A stretch of 64,000 nt of DNA from Camelus dromedarius (lineage: Eukaryota). Shown piece after piece: positions 1 through 11,619 of this stretch. The stretch is taken from assembly GCF_036321535.1 (NCBI RefSeq), contig NC_087436.1, positions 86,182,001-86,246,000 on the forward strand. Direction: 5' to 3'. Under the pieces are notes generated by a model, which did no database searches, was not told where the DNA came from, and was given only the letters and a program-made list of their open reading frames with translations. Position 1 is the first letter of the stretch. The number at the start of each line of letters is the position of its first letter. The position numbers were made by a program, and so were the translations under genes.

Positions 1-267
1 AGTGCGCCTGACTGCCTATGCACTTGCAGCCCGCGTGACTGTTCCTCTGCGTGCCCTTCCCTTCCTTCTTATGCTTCACCCGGCGGTTCTGAAACCAGAT
101 TTTCACCTGCTTCTCCGACAGGTTCAGGTACGTGGCGATTTCAATCCTCCGGAGTCGAGACAGATACATGTTGGAAGAGAATTCCCGCTCCAGCTCCAGG
201 AGCTGCGTGCTAGTGAACGCCGTCCTCATCCTCTTGCCGTTGGGTACCTGGCTGGCGTCCGAGCCCC
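1..267 (-). CDS. GSX2: GS homeobox 2, coding exon 2 (homeodomain about 238-59), truncated by the window edge
   Basis: Acceptor ctgcag| precedes 267. Spliced in frame it reads [83 protein letters not shown]. Confidence 0.97.
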
Positions 268-960
268 CTGCAGACGGGCGAAGAGAGGGTAAGAGAGGTA
301 ATTTTCGGGAGAGGTGCTCCTACCCCACGTGCCATCCTTTGCAACGCATGCCTCTCAAGGAACCACCTGCGAAGCTCAGCCGAACACCTGTATCCATCCC
401 TCACAGTTTCTCATTTCAAGACACATCGTTACTTAGCTGGGAAGGACAGAGGCGCCCAAAGCAAGTGAAGGCCTTTGATGTTCGGGACTTAAAGTCAGAG
501 GATTAAAGTTTGGGGTCGGGGGGAGGCGTTACATTGTCCGGTCATCTCTCTTCAAGCCTAGCAGAAAGGCAGGGAGGCTTAGTCAAAACCTCGAAGCGCT
601 TTTAGCCAGCCCCGACGCCGGAATGCCACACCTAAGTTCAAACACCCACCCCGGACCTCAGCCAGCTAACCTGCGGTTTCTCAGCCCTCAGCCCTCAAGT
701 TTGAAGTCCCAAGGGCCCCGGTATTACACAAGACTCGGGCACCAGGCACTGGGAGTGAGGCGTACCAGGCTGCTTGGAGAGGCTGGCAGGCTAACTTCCA
801 TCTTCGTGGAACTTCTGGGAACGACTCCACAGATACACTAAAAGCCCCTCCTCCCTCCCCACCCCGCCCCCGGGCTCCCACTTCCTCCACTGGAGGCAGA
901 AAGTTTGCTCCCGGGATCCCGCACCGCGCGGCGCGCAGGTGCCCAGAGACCCCGCCCTAC

Positions 961-1534
961 CCATGGTGAGGCAGTGGAATCTCCGCGGATCCGCCACGTT
1001 GTAGGTGGTGGCGGTGCAGACAGGTGCGTGGTGCTGCGGATGCCCCAAGGCCGCCGCGGCCGCCGCCGCTGCCGCCGCGGCCGCAGCGGCGGCGGCCGAG
1101 CCAGGCTGCTGGGGCTGGTGATGGTGATGGTGGTGCTGCGGCGGGTGGTGGTGATGGTGCGCGTGGCTCACGCGCGGGCAAAACTGAGCGTCCCCAGAAC
1201 CTGAAGAAAACTGACTCTTGAGCAGAGGCAGGGCCCCGGCGGTTCCAGCCGCCCCGCCACCCCCAGCCCCTGCACTCCCGTTCCCTGCGCCCGCGCCGCC
1301 GGAGCTCGCGGGCCCCCGAGAGGGGTGCAGGTGCGAAGTGACGCAGAGCGGGCAAACGCAGAACGCGCCGCTCTTGCGGGACGGGCAGCCTGGTCCGGAC
1401 ACAGACATCACCAACGGGGACGGCATGCCCAGCGGGATGAAGAAATCTGGCCCGGGGTGCGGCTCAGGCAGCGAGGGCGCGGGCCTTGAGGAGTCCTTGA
1501 TGATGAGCGAGTCGACATAGAAGGAGCGCGACAT
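961..1534 (-). CDS. GSX2: GS homeobox 2, coding exon 1 (574 nt)
   Basis: Translates MSRSFYVDSLIIKD...HHHHHPPQHHHHHH...poly-Ala...DPRRFHCLTM-G. ATG at 1534; GT donor (G|gtaggg) follows 961 on the minus strand, phase 1. Confidence 0.97.
1049..1096 (-). repeat. GSX2: Imperfect GCN repeat encoding a 16-residue poly-alanine tract in GSX2
   Basis: 48 nt between the Ser codon (1099-1097) and the Leu codon (1048-1046); adjacent His/Gln runs at about 1110-1165. Confidence 0.95.
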
Positions 1535-1738
1535 GTCGGGAAGGGTGGGTAGCTAGAGGGCCCGGCCGGCCGTGGAGCCCCCTCCCCTCTCCTGTCCTGA
1601 GCTCTGCCCCGGGCGCGGTGCGGACGCAGGCGGTCAAGCCCTTGGGGACGCGGAGGTGTCGGCGTCTAGGCTGCGAACAAAGGGGTCCCTGGAGAGGGCT
1701 GGTCCTCACGTCCCCCGCCCGACGCCCCAGCTACGAGA

Positions 1739-1870
1739 TTTTATAGCCCCCACCCCGACACGTGATGCTGCGGAGTACCGCTCGGCTCAGGCTCCTCGGC
1801 AGCTCCCCACCCTCGGGATAGGCTGCCCGAGTCACAACAGAAGCGGCGAGGAGGGGCGGGCGCGCGGCAG
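1739..1870 (-). promoter_or_regulatory. GSX2: GSX2 core promoter: TATA box, E-box, GC box
   Basis: TATAAAA on the minus strand at 1745-1739, about 205 nt upstream of the ATG; CACGTG at 1759-1764; GGGGCGGG at 1853-1860. Confidence 0.75.
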
Positions 1871-3159
1871 GGAAGAACTCGGAGGAGGGGGATGGGGGAG
1901 ACTTTGCAAAGTGTAGGTTTTGTTAATTTCGCGGGGAGGCCAGCCTCCTCCCCCTCTTTCTCCACGCTTTCCCGAGAAATCACAGAGCTGCATCCTCCAT
2001 CCCACCCCTCTCCCTAACCTGGGTCCCAACCCAACTCTTTCTTGCGCCGGGCCGCAAAGGGCACCAGGTGGGGACTTTGCGGCCTTTTTAATAGGAATGC
2101 CCAGAACTCCCTGCTCCTCTGTGTCAGTCGTGGATAAGGCAAGGTATAGTGTGAGGCCTGCGGTTTAGGGGAAGATTGTGAGTGCGGTGGACACACACAC
2201 ACACACCTACACACATTCCCACATACAGAGTCCCCCAGCTTTTAGACTTGGCCAAGGTCATTCAGGTGATTAGGAATGAGGGAGGGGGGCATAACAGTGA
2301 AGCCTCCCAGCTAAGATGCTGCTGAGCTTTTCATTCTGATGCCTGAGAATCTCTAAAATGCCCTTGCACTTGGGGCCTTCCTGGGGCCACCCAGATCAAG
2401 GAAGCTTTCTTGTACTTCTTTCTAACCTGAAACTCCCCCTTTGGCAGAGAGAGACTTTGAAGGGTCACTCTTTCTTTCTCCAAGTGGTTCTACTGCTGTA
2501 TTTCCAACCCTACAAACTCCATCCCATGGATTTTGGGGAGAGGACCGAACCTCGGCCCTTCTGGAGACTGGGCAGGGGTTGAGAGAAGCCTTTGCTTTGG
2601 ATCCCGTGATCTCCTGCCCCTTTGCATTTACAGATCTCAGGCAGTTAGCAGACTAACCATGAAGCACTCCCCTATGCACCCTTTTTAAAGCCCAAAAAGA
2701 TTGAAGGGAATTGAGCTTCTCAATGAATCCTGCCTTGGGATGGGTGAAGTGGCTTGGTAAAGGAAACCTCTCTGAGTGGCACAGGCTCCAGTGGAAGACT
2801 GGTGTACCAGTGGCTATGTGAGAGAGGGTGGCTGCCCACATAGGAGACATTGGTCTTTTGGGGAAGGCAATGCTGCAGAAGTGACAGCTTTCTCTTCTTT
2901 ACCCTATAGAAAATCTGGCTGAAGCAGGGAGGGTGAGCAAAAGCTACAAGTCCAATCTTTTCCCAGAACAGCTAACTCCAGGCCTCAGATCACAATGGTA
3001 CTAAGAAACTTGGGGACAGGACTCCCTTCACCTGCGAGAACCAAGTGCCCAAATCCTAGGGGAGCATCAGCTTCTCAGCCGGCAGCATGGTTGTCTCTCT
3101 GTCTTCTGTCTTTCTGTTTCTCCTTTTCCCTTTCCATTTCTGTGACCGTCTCTCTTGCC

Positions 3160-3450
3160 TGCAAAAGAAGTGTAATTGAGTTGTAGGGACGCCCCGCTCT
3201 GGGGAGCCCAGGATTTATGGATGGCAATTAAAGTTTTATGAATTGCAGCTGAGGCTGGTTATTGAGCTATTTGAATGTGATTAGAATTCAATTAGAAAGC
3301 GGTTAGTGGATGGTGGGTCTCCAGAGTGTAAACAGACAGCTATTCCAGAAATGTGCTAATCCAACATCTTGTGACAACAATTAAGGAGTCTCAGGGCTTA
3401 ACTCAGGGCAGCTCAGCTGTAACTACTTTTATACCACAAGATTGGCCGCT
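3160..3450. promoter_or_regulatory. Candidate GSX2 enhancer block 1 (homeodomain-site cluster)
   Basis: Repeat-free; contains TAATTG, GGATTTATGG, CAATTA, TTTTATG, ATTA-N7-ATTA and TAATCC motifs. Confidence 0.55.
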
Positions 3451-4324
3451 GCAGCCATCGCAGGCACTCAGCCTCAACCCAGTCCACCCTCACTCAATCG
3501 GAAGAATCTGGGAAGTACCCAAATCATTCCAGCCTCAAAAAGAAGACTGGGAGCTCAACCACTGAGAGGTGCTTAATGGCAGGATGTTTTTACAGGCCTT
3601 AATTGTCCAAACAGGTGATGTGATTTCCTCATTCACTTTGCAAGTCTATATATATATATGTAATTTTTTTACTTAAAATTGTATATATTCATATGTATTT
3701 ATTCACTTTATATAATACATATCCGCAGTGGTTCTAGTTGTGCTTGAAGGAAGAACTCCTATGTTAATGGGCTAGGAGTTATGCTTCTGTGAGGATCATT
3801 TTATTTTAGAGAATCCTAATTATGAAGCTTTAACATCTAACTCAATTTATGTCTGACTGCAGAAACATCCAGTTGGTGGGCTGAGAAATTTTGAGAAAAG
3901 TGAGAGGCCCGTGGGGTTGCTTAGGGCTGCAAGGGGAGCAGCAGTTTTGGGGCCAAACTGAGGCTGAAAGCAGACCATGTTCTGAGAAATTTGTCTATTA
4001 GAATTCTTGGTTACTTGCTTAAGCCCACCAAGGCTAAGTATTTAGGGTCACGTTCCACTTTGGAGTCTCTCAGACTCTTTAGTTCTCTTTGGATCTCTCA
4101 GTGTCTCTCTCTCTCCCCTCCTTTCCTCCACTTCAGCTCCATCTTCAGAAGCTCCCCCTATGTGCCTTGCCATCATCTCCACCCCACCCCACCTTGGTCC
4201 TGGGTAGCTTTGTGGCTGGCCCTTCCCAGCCCTACCCTTCCCGAGGACAGCACACCTCCAACCAATTCAGAGCAGAAAGGGACCCTGGGCAGGCTGTCAG
4301 CGTGCCCCCCTTGTGCCCCTGCTG

Positions 4325-4540
4325 CCACCCAATTTTATTTCTCAGTGATTCTGTCCGATAAAATTTCATCGTCCATTAAGTAATCCCTGAAATGAGAGCT
4401 CTTATGAGCCTATAATGAGCTCTAATTGCCACGACTCAAGGAGCCACGTGGAAGGATTTATTCGGTATTAAGCAGTCGGGTACAGAGTACAGGCTGTTAC
4501 CTAAGCCATTACTTTCATAATTCAAGGAGAAAATTAGTTC
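4325..4540. promoter_or_regulatory. Candidate GSX2 enhancer block 2
   Basis: Cluster of CATTAA, TAATCC, TAATGA, TAATTG, CCATTA and CACGTG in otherwise unique sequence. Confidence 0.5.
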
Positions 4541-5189
4541 TTTCAAGTGGGGGGGGGGATCCTTTGATTTTTTTTTTCCTCTCTTGCTGGAGCTGACGAA
4601 GGATAGCTTTGTCTTCCTTGAGTGCAAGATGATGTCACAAATGTGAAGGTAACAAAATTGTCCCCCACCAACCCCCACTCCTGTCAGGACACCCCACCCT
4701 TACCCTCAACTGAGAAAAAAAGTAAAAGCAGTCAGAGGTACCATTTTCTTGCCTCTGAAGTCTGGATCAGCAGTTTCCTCACAGCTCAGCCTTGAGATAC
4801 GAATTCTTGAATGTTGCTTTCAGAAAGCCTTTCAGTACTTTTCCGCACCTAGGATCACACCAGACCTGAACCTCACATTCTCCTCTTCCTTCTCTCTCTT
4901 CCTGTTTCCTTTTACAGGCTAAGTCAGGGAAAGAAAAGTGCGTGGACTTAGCATTACTTGTTCAACAGGCCCTAGAGTTCTGACCCACTGATGTGCTTAC
5001 CACTCTGGGGGGAGCTAAGGGAGCCCTTAGGGGGCGCAGTTTGCCCCTCCCCCTGTGCCCCTTAAGGGCGCCCCCCCCCGCCCCCCATCCCTGGTCCTTT
5101 TTTCTCTCAGTTCCAGCGTTTGCCCACATGGTTCTCCTGCTCCAAGTGGAGGAGGCCGGCAAGCAGGGCGGGACAGCCGGGAGTTGCCC

Positions 5190-5730
5190 GGCCGCCTCGG
5201 ATTTATTTGCTCCTCTTACATTGATTTCATATTAGTTTCCAAAGCGATGAATGATCTCAAAGCTGGGTTTTGTTAGCTGAACACAAACAGGAGACAGGAC
5301 TTACTTGCCCCCAGCTCCCTTTAATGAGGTCATTATCAAAGCGTGAACAAGTCTATGAATGTTTTATTGAAAGCGCATCGTTAACTTGTATCCATCCTTT
5401 TCTCCGAGTGGCATTGTGATATTGCTGTCTGTGGCACATCTTACCCGATATAGCCCGAGATTTCCCCATTCTCTGTAACCAGGCAACCCTTTCTGAATAC
5501 CCCAAAATTGAAAAGAACCGCTTAGTCTTCAAGAAAGTCCTCAATAATAGTGGAAAAGAACAAAGATCCAGGAGACAACAAAATGCCACAGGGGTGACTT
5601 TTCATGAGCAATTATCTCTCATTAATCAGAAGAACAGCTGCAATATTAATTTTCTCTCTTTCTTCCTCTCTTTTCACAGTCCCCAACATTTGAATAATCA
5701 TAAATTTTGATTTTATGAAGGAGTCACATT
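5190..5730. promoter_or_regulatory. Candidate GSX2 enhancer block 3
   Basis: TAAT/ATTA pairs, a TCF/LEF-like ATCAAAG at about 5335-5341, SOX-like CATTGT, TTTTATTG and retained CpGs. Confidence 0.5.
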
Positions 5731-8700
5731 TTCAGGGACTGGAGAAAAGCAGCTACCTAGGTGAAGACAAGGAAAAAACACTCTCATTTGATTTTTTTTT
5801 TTTGGGTTTGGGTAAAGCTGCCAACAAAGCAAAATGAAAAAAATACATATATAAATAAGGGAAATGCCAAAGAAAACTGTCTCCCGCCTTCTTGTAGATG
5901 GTGGCTGAGAATCAGGACTCTTTCCCTGCTCACCCTTCTAACAACCGCCTCCTACTTTCCTCCCCCTGCCAGGACCCATTCCCCCGTTCGGCTCTGAGCA
6001 GGGCGGAGGGAAATGTCCCTGGCGTCTGGCGTGGGAGTTTCAGCCGGGTTTCTGCCCGTTTAACTTGCAAACGTGAAGCCAAGCGTTGTCGATCTGACCA
6101 AAGAGACACTCTTTGGGCGTAACTTGCATTGTGGCCATCAAAAGCCCGCCAGCTTTCGATGAACGGAGACTTGCATTCAGCAGAAATGGGGCGCTCTCCC
6201 TCTTTTCAGGAGCCGGCAAGGCGATTGTTCACGGGATGTGTAGTAAGGGTGGAAAACGAGGGTCCCCAGATAAGGCTGTAACCTGCAGACGGGCTTGGGA
6301 GAGTTAAAGAATCTCATTAAAGCGGAGACTGCAATTAGCAAATACACACTCATAGAGAACCCAAGCTCCCCTTGAAAAGCCGCAAGTCGGGATGAAAGAG
6401 GGGCAGTTGGAAGTCAGTCCTCACATTCCTGTGCTAGCTGAGTGGTGAGGGGCTCAGGCACCCGCTGTCCCTTCAGCTGCCCCAGTACAGTTACTTTTAA
6501 TGCGTGGTGCGGCAGGCCGGTCCATGGAGTTGTGGCCTTGTGTTCACCCATCACCAAAAATGATCTTGCTTCTCCCCCATGTTTATTCAGAATGGATGGG
6601 CCTTTGAGAAACGTGAATTCGCCTTTGTGCTCACCACAGGCACAGAGTTCAATTTGGCCCTCGCAGAAGAAGGGGTGGGGGGAGGTTCTGGGAAAGGAGT
6701 GGGGAGTTTGGCTGAGAATTTCAGGGCCCTCCGAACAAAGTTTTGATGGTACCCAATCTCCACCACACCACCCCTCTGCTCCCCACTTCACCTTAATTAA
6801 TATTCGCCCACCCCCAAATCCTTAAGCCTAACAAGGCATCCCTCCCCGACCCTTAAAGCTCTCCTCTGTCATCAGAATAAAATTTATTGGGCGCCAACTC
6901 AGTGCCCAGCGTGTGCAAGACGCCGCAGGGGAGCAAGCCTGAAAAGGCCAAGACTGTATCCAATAGAATATTGTTTCATTTTAGTAACAATGGTCTGAGA
7001 TGGGGAACAATTATCCGGATAATTGAAGCAAATGCTCCACCTCCGTCCCTCTCCAGTTCTCTTGGTGCTTGCCATTTTTTAAAAACTACGTTTTTCCAAG
7101 TTGGTAGTGTTCCCTTGTTTAGAAGCAGGGACATGGGAGTGTAAGGGGAGGCTGAATGAACATGAATTCTCCACTCCCCTTGGCCTAAGTTTGCTGAAAC
7201 CATTGGGCCTAAATAGCTGCTTAGTAATGGGATTCAAGACAGGTTTTTCAAAAGTTACCAAAAAGAGCGAACTTTAATAATTTTTAGCAATCTGGCCTTT
7301 GTGGTGTTCAACCTTGGTCATCTACAAAAATCACCTGGAGAGTACAGAGGCCCTAGAAATTTTAATTTAACGAAAGCTTAAATTAAAACAAACAAACAAA
7401 CAAAAAACCGTGGCAAACTATCTACATGGTTCTGATGCAGGTGAGGGTTCAGAAATAATGGATAAATCCTACCCTCCCTTATCCAAGAGATTAACCACCT
7501 CTCCGAGCCTCATTCAGCAGTTAATCATTGTTGAAGGTGTATACTGAGTGCCTACTGTATGCCAGGCTCCCTGACAGGCAATTCCGTTGCACATGACGTA
7601 TCCTCTGGGAGTTTCCAGTGTGTCAAGCAAATCGACAAATCAACTCAGAGCTGGTGAATTACAAAAGGTCGCGTGAATATGAAAGAAAAGCCCTCACGGC
7701 TCTGGGAGTGGATAAAACCGAAGTCTAAAGTGACCTGCAGGACAACCGGATATTGGCCTGCGACAGGGGGGATGGGGAATGTGTCGGGCCACCGAAGGGC
7801 AGGTACAAAAGTCTGTAAGAGTTTCTCTTGGCTAATTGCAAGAACTGAAAGGAGACAGGGAGATGGGTAGAAGAATCTGTTTCTGCAGCTGTGAAATAGG
7901 AAAAACGCACGCCGCTTTCGAGTCTTTGCGAGGAATTAAGCACTGCCTAGCACCGGGCTTGGAGCTTGGTAAGAGCTCATGGCGTCTCTTGTTTTTGTTA
8001 TTATCTGCGACCTGCCACTCCAGGGGCTCTGAGGCTTGGGAATGAGGTATCAGAGCCCCGGGTTTCGTAGTGAGTAACCAGGAAACCGGAGCCTGTTTCC
8101 AATCACCTCTCTGCCCCGGCACTGCTCTTCCCGGCTGCATTTTGCTCTCTAAGGCCCCTCCACAGCCTGGCAAGGCGCCCTGCCCAGCGGCTTTCCTAGT
8201 TCTTGGTTTCTGGGTGTACCTGTCCCGGTTTGGCAGCTGCATCAACCCGAGCCTGCCAGGAGAACCTCGTCCCCTCCTATTCTCCAGCTCCATCAAAGGC
8301 CTTGCATCCTGGCAGTCCCCATTTGGGACTGCGCCCTAAATTTCAAGGCTCCTTTGGCCAGCTTTGCTGACTTGTTTCAGAGAGGAGGAAACCGATGCCT
8401 TTGGAGGCTATGACAATCTTCATAGCCATCGTTTCCAGAGCTCTCATGGTGCCTTGCCCTGAATCAGGAGCCTTGCCTACAAGACCTCATTTAATTTGCA
8501 TAACTGCCCTACCAGATAAAGCACCATTTTTATGGTTGTTTCTTGATGAGAATCCTGAGTCTTACTGAAGTTCAAAGGCTTATCCAAGGTCACACAGCTA
8601 GATATGCCACAGCCAGGATTCAGACCTTGTCTATAGAATGAATGTAGAATCCAGAGTCCTAGGCACTAGGCAACACCATCTAATAATATCTAGCATTTTT

Positions 8701-9783
8701 TGAGCAGCTGCTATGTGCTCAGCCACGAGTTAAGCCATTAATGCATCTTTTATTTCTCACAATGACCCCGTGAGGTAGGTACTTTTATTATTTCTCATTT
8801 GTTTATGGTCCACTCCTTGGTTAATATGGTTTCTTACATATTGAAGATCACAAAGGCCCTTATGACAGAAAGGGCACACACTGGACTTAGGATGTGGTAG
8901 GGAAGGAATGTGATTGCTTTTATCCACTTGCTCCCAGAACATAGTAAGTGCTGAAGGACATTGAGGGTAGGTGAAAGCAACATCTTATTTTTTTTACTTC
9001 AGAATCCTTAATCCTAATCAATACATATGTTTGCTGGTTTACTTCATTGCTGGTTGGGTACCTACCCCAGTTGACTGCAAGCTTCACTGGGCAGAAACTG
9101 GGTCTCTTTTATTATCCAGTGTGTATAAACCGTCCAGCCCAGAAGTGGAACATATAAGGAGTGAAATAATTAATTGCTGAATAACTTAATCCCTCACTTT
9201 ACATATAGGAAAACTGAGGCTCAGAGATGCTATGCAACTTGTCCAAGGCCACATAGCTTAGAAATGGCAGAGGGAGGATTCAAACTGAGGATGTTTTAAC
9301 GCTAAGACCCTGCCCCTCTTTTCATCCTAGCCTACAGCTCCCTGTGCTGTGTCCTCTGCGCGAAGGAGCCCGGACTGCGCGGCCAGGGCCAGTCCGAAGT
9401 CCGTGTTCAGTCATCCCCCTCCCCAGGTCTCGGTGAAGCCAAATGAGGCAGAAGCTCGAAGTCCCCAGAGAGGCCGCTTCCTAGATGGGGGTATATAGGC
9501 TCTGAGACGGCGCGGGCGCTCCGGGCGTGTCCGCTCCTCCCCTCTGTGCTCTGGCTCCCCCGGGGGAAGAACTGCAATCTACTCCTTCCTGGCGTGTCTC
9601 CCTGTTTGGGTCAAGGTCTTCCCCTCTCCCTGGTTAACTTATTACCGGAAAACGAAGCGATTCTAAGAGATCGCATTGAACCCACAGTCTGAAAATACCT
9701 CCATCAGCAACAGCCCCCAAACTTCAAGCATACCGGCATGCAAACTAGGCACAGCATCCTCGCCGTGCCAGGTGTGCATGCAT

Positions 9784-9795
9784 GAGTGTGAGAGT

Positions 9796-9841
<46 letters not shown>

Positions 9842-9858
9842 GAGAGAGAGAGAGAGAG

Positions 9859-9898
<40 letters not shown>
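9784..9898 (+). repeat. Compound (GA)n(GT)n microsatellite
   Basis: Seen directly in the sequence. Confidence 0.97.
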
Positions 9899-9900
<2 letters not shown>

Positions 9901-11619
9901 GGTGGCATGTGAGAGCGCATGCGTAGGCGAGGTGCGTCGCCTCCAGCCGACCTTTCGGCTGCTGACTCCCGCTCATTCAGTGCAGCGCTCATCGCAGTGC
10001 AAATTCAGCTTTCTGCCTGGGTCTTTAGAAACTGTAAGGTCAGAGTTGGGGCTGGGGAAAGGGGAGCCTCTGGGTGAAACCTGGCTGTGCGAAGCCTCAG
10101 GGTCACCAGGTGCATCACCCCGAGTTACCCTCTTCTTGGCTGCTTGCCCCCAGTTTTCTTCACTACCCTCTGGATCATCTTTCCGTCTATTTATGCAGTG
10201 AGCATTTATGGAGTGCCTACAGTATGCCAGATTGTGCTATAGGCGCTGGGGAAACTAGGAGAACAAGATAGCTTAAGTCTCAACTCACTGTGTGAAGTTT
10301 CCACAGGGCTTTCTGTTCTTGTGTTAACTGTTTTGCCAAATGATGATGACACAAACATAAATTTTGGCCTCTGCCCTCAAGCAGAGGGCCATGCAGGGCT
10401 TGTAAGACAGACAATGAGAGCAATAAGAGGATGCACTGAAATGAGTGCATACATATTCTGGCTCCATCACAACCCCAACATTTTCACTGCGCTATTGAGC
10501 TTGGGCTGGGGGTTAGGAGGTCCTGGGTGTGACTCTCCCCTCCTCTCACTATAAAAATAATAATGACCCTTCTGATACAGTGGCTGTGGGTGTTAAGTCA
10601 TGACAACCTATCAGGAAATGCCTAGCACGTGGTTAGCACTCAGTATATAAACCAGCTATGATGATGGTGATGTTGCCAAGGCCTGAGAATGTGTGGAGAA
10701 GAGGAGATGCTGGGCTACAAGTTTAAGAGATTATCTATGGATTTGAATTAAGTTAATTTGTGCATGATTATATTGCATTCCTCTCTAGAATCAGGCTGTG
10801 AGTATCAGATATGTGGTGATCTTCATTCTTCTTTAGTGGCTTTTCCTCCTGAACCAATGGTATCAATAGTGCTGTTGTCAAGAGGAAATGAAAAAAATAT
10901 TGGGAGAAGACGGTAAGAACCTTCAGGTGCCAAATGTTCTTTCAGGCTGACTTAGAAGCATTTCTAGTCCACTCATGTACCAATAAAGTGAGAGGGAATA
11001 TTTTTGAAGTGACACAAAGTGCATGCTGTAATTTAACCTTGTGAACAAGATTTCCGATGAAATATGACATAGGAAATATGTTTCCTGATTAGCTATGTGC
11101 TTTCTTGGAACAAGATGCTATATAAACAATTTCAGGACATACTTTTTTTTTTTTTTAAAGAATGCTATCTTATTGTTTCTTCTTTTTATGTTTTAACTAG
11201 GATCACATGATTTTATTTCATTTTATTTAATTTTAAACCAAATAATTGGTTATTAGTTTATTTTAATAATTTTATTTGAAACCAGAATGAACATGTTTAA
11301 AGATTGAATTTTCCTATTGAGACTTTTTTTCCAAGAAAAAAATAAAATACAGATCTTGAAAAGTTTGAGAGTTGGTTGCAGTATCTAGGTTCTTGAATTT
11401 AGCAACTGGAAAAGGAATTTTGCCATTATCCAGCTTGCCCATCTCATGTTACAACCAGAGAAACTGAGGTCCAGGGAGGTGAAGTAGTGTAAGTAGTCAG
11501 TCCCTCTAGCAGTTAACAAGTAGACCACCTCAATTTTGTTCCCCTATCCACAGTTTTACATTTGCAGGATGAAGCCCAACAACTAGGAGGGAAAAAGGAG
11601 GAGGCGTTCCAGTTCCCGT

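Larger units (their letters stand above)
900..1940. promoter_or_regulatory. CpG island over GSX2 exon 1 and promoter
   Basis: Visibly very GC-rich with dense unmutated CpGs; boundaries approximate. Confidence 0.85.

Noticed and set aside
2..506. Plus-strand ORFs of 96 and 124 aa over the GSX2 homeobox
   Set aside because: Antisense shadows of GC-rich coding sequence, with non-ATG starts and no recognisable protein.
791..960. C-terminal 56 aa of the 247-aa GSX2 ORF in the track
   Set aside because: Read-through into the intron; the real donor follows 961 and splices in frame to the homeodomain exon.
9663..10201. ORFs with HTHT/LSLS/VCVC runs
   Set aside because: Translation of the (GA)n(GT)n microsatellite.
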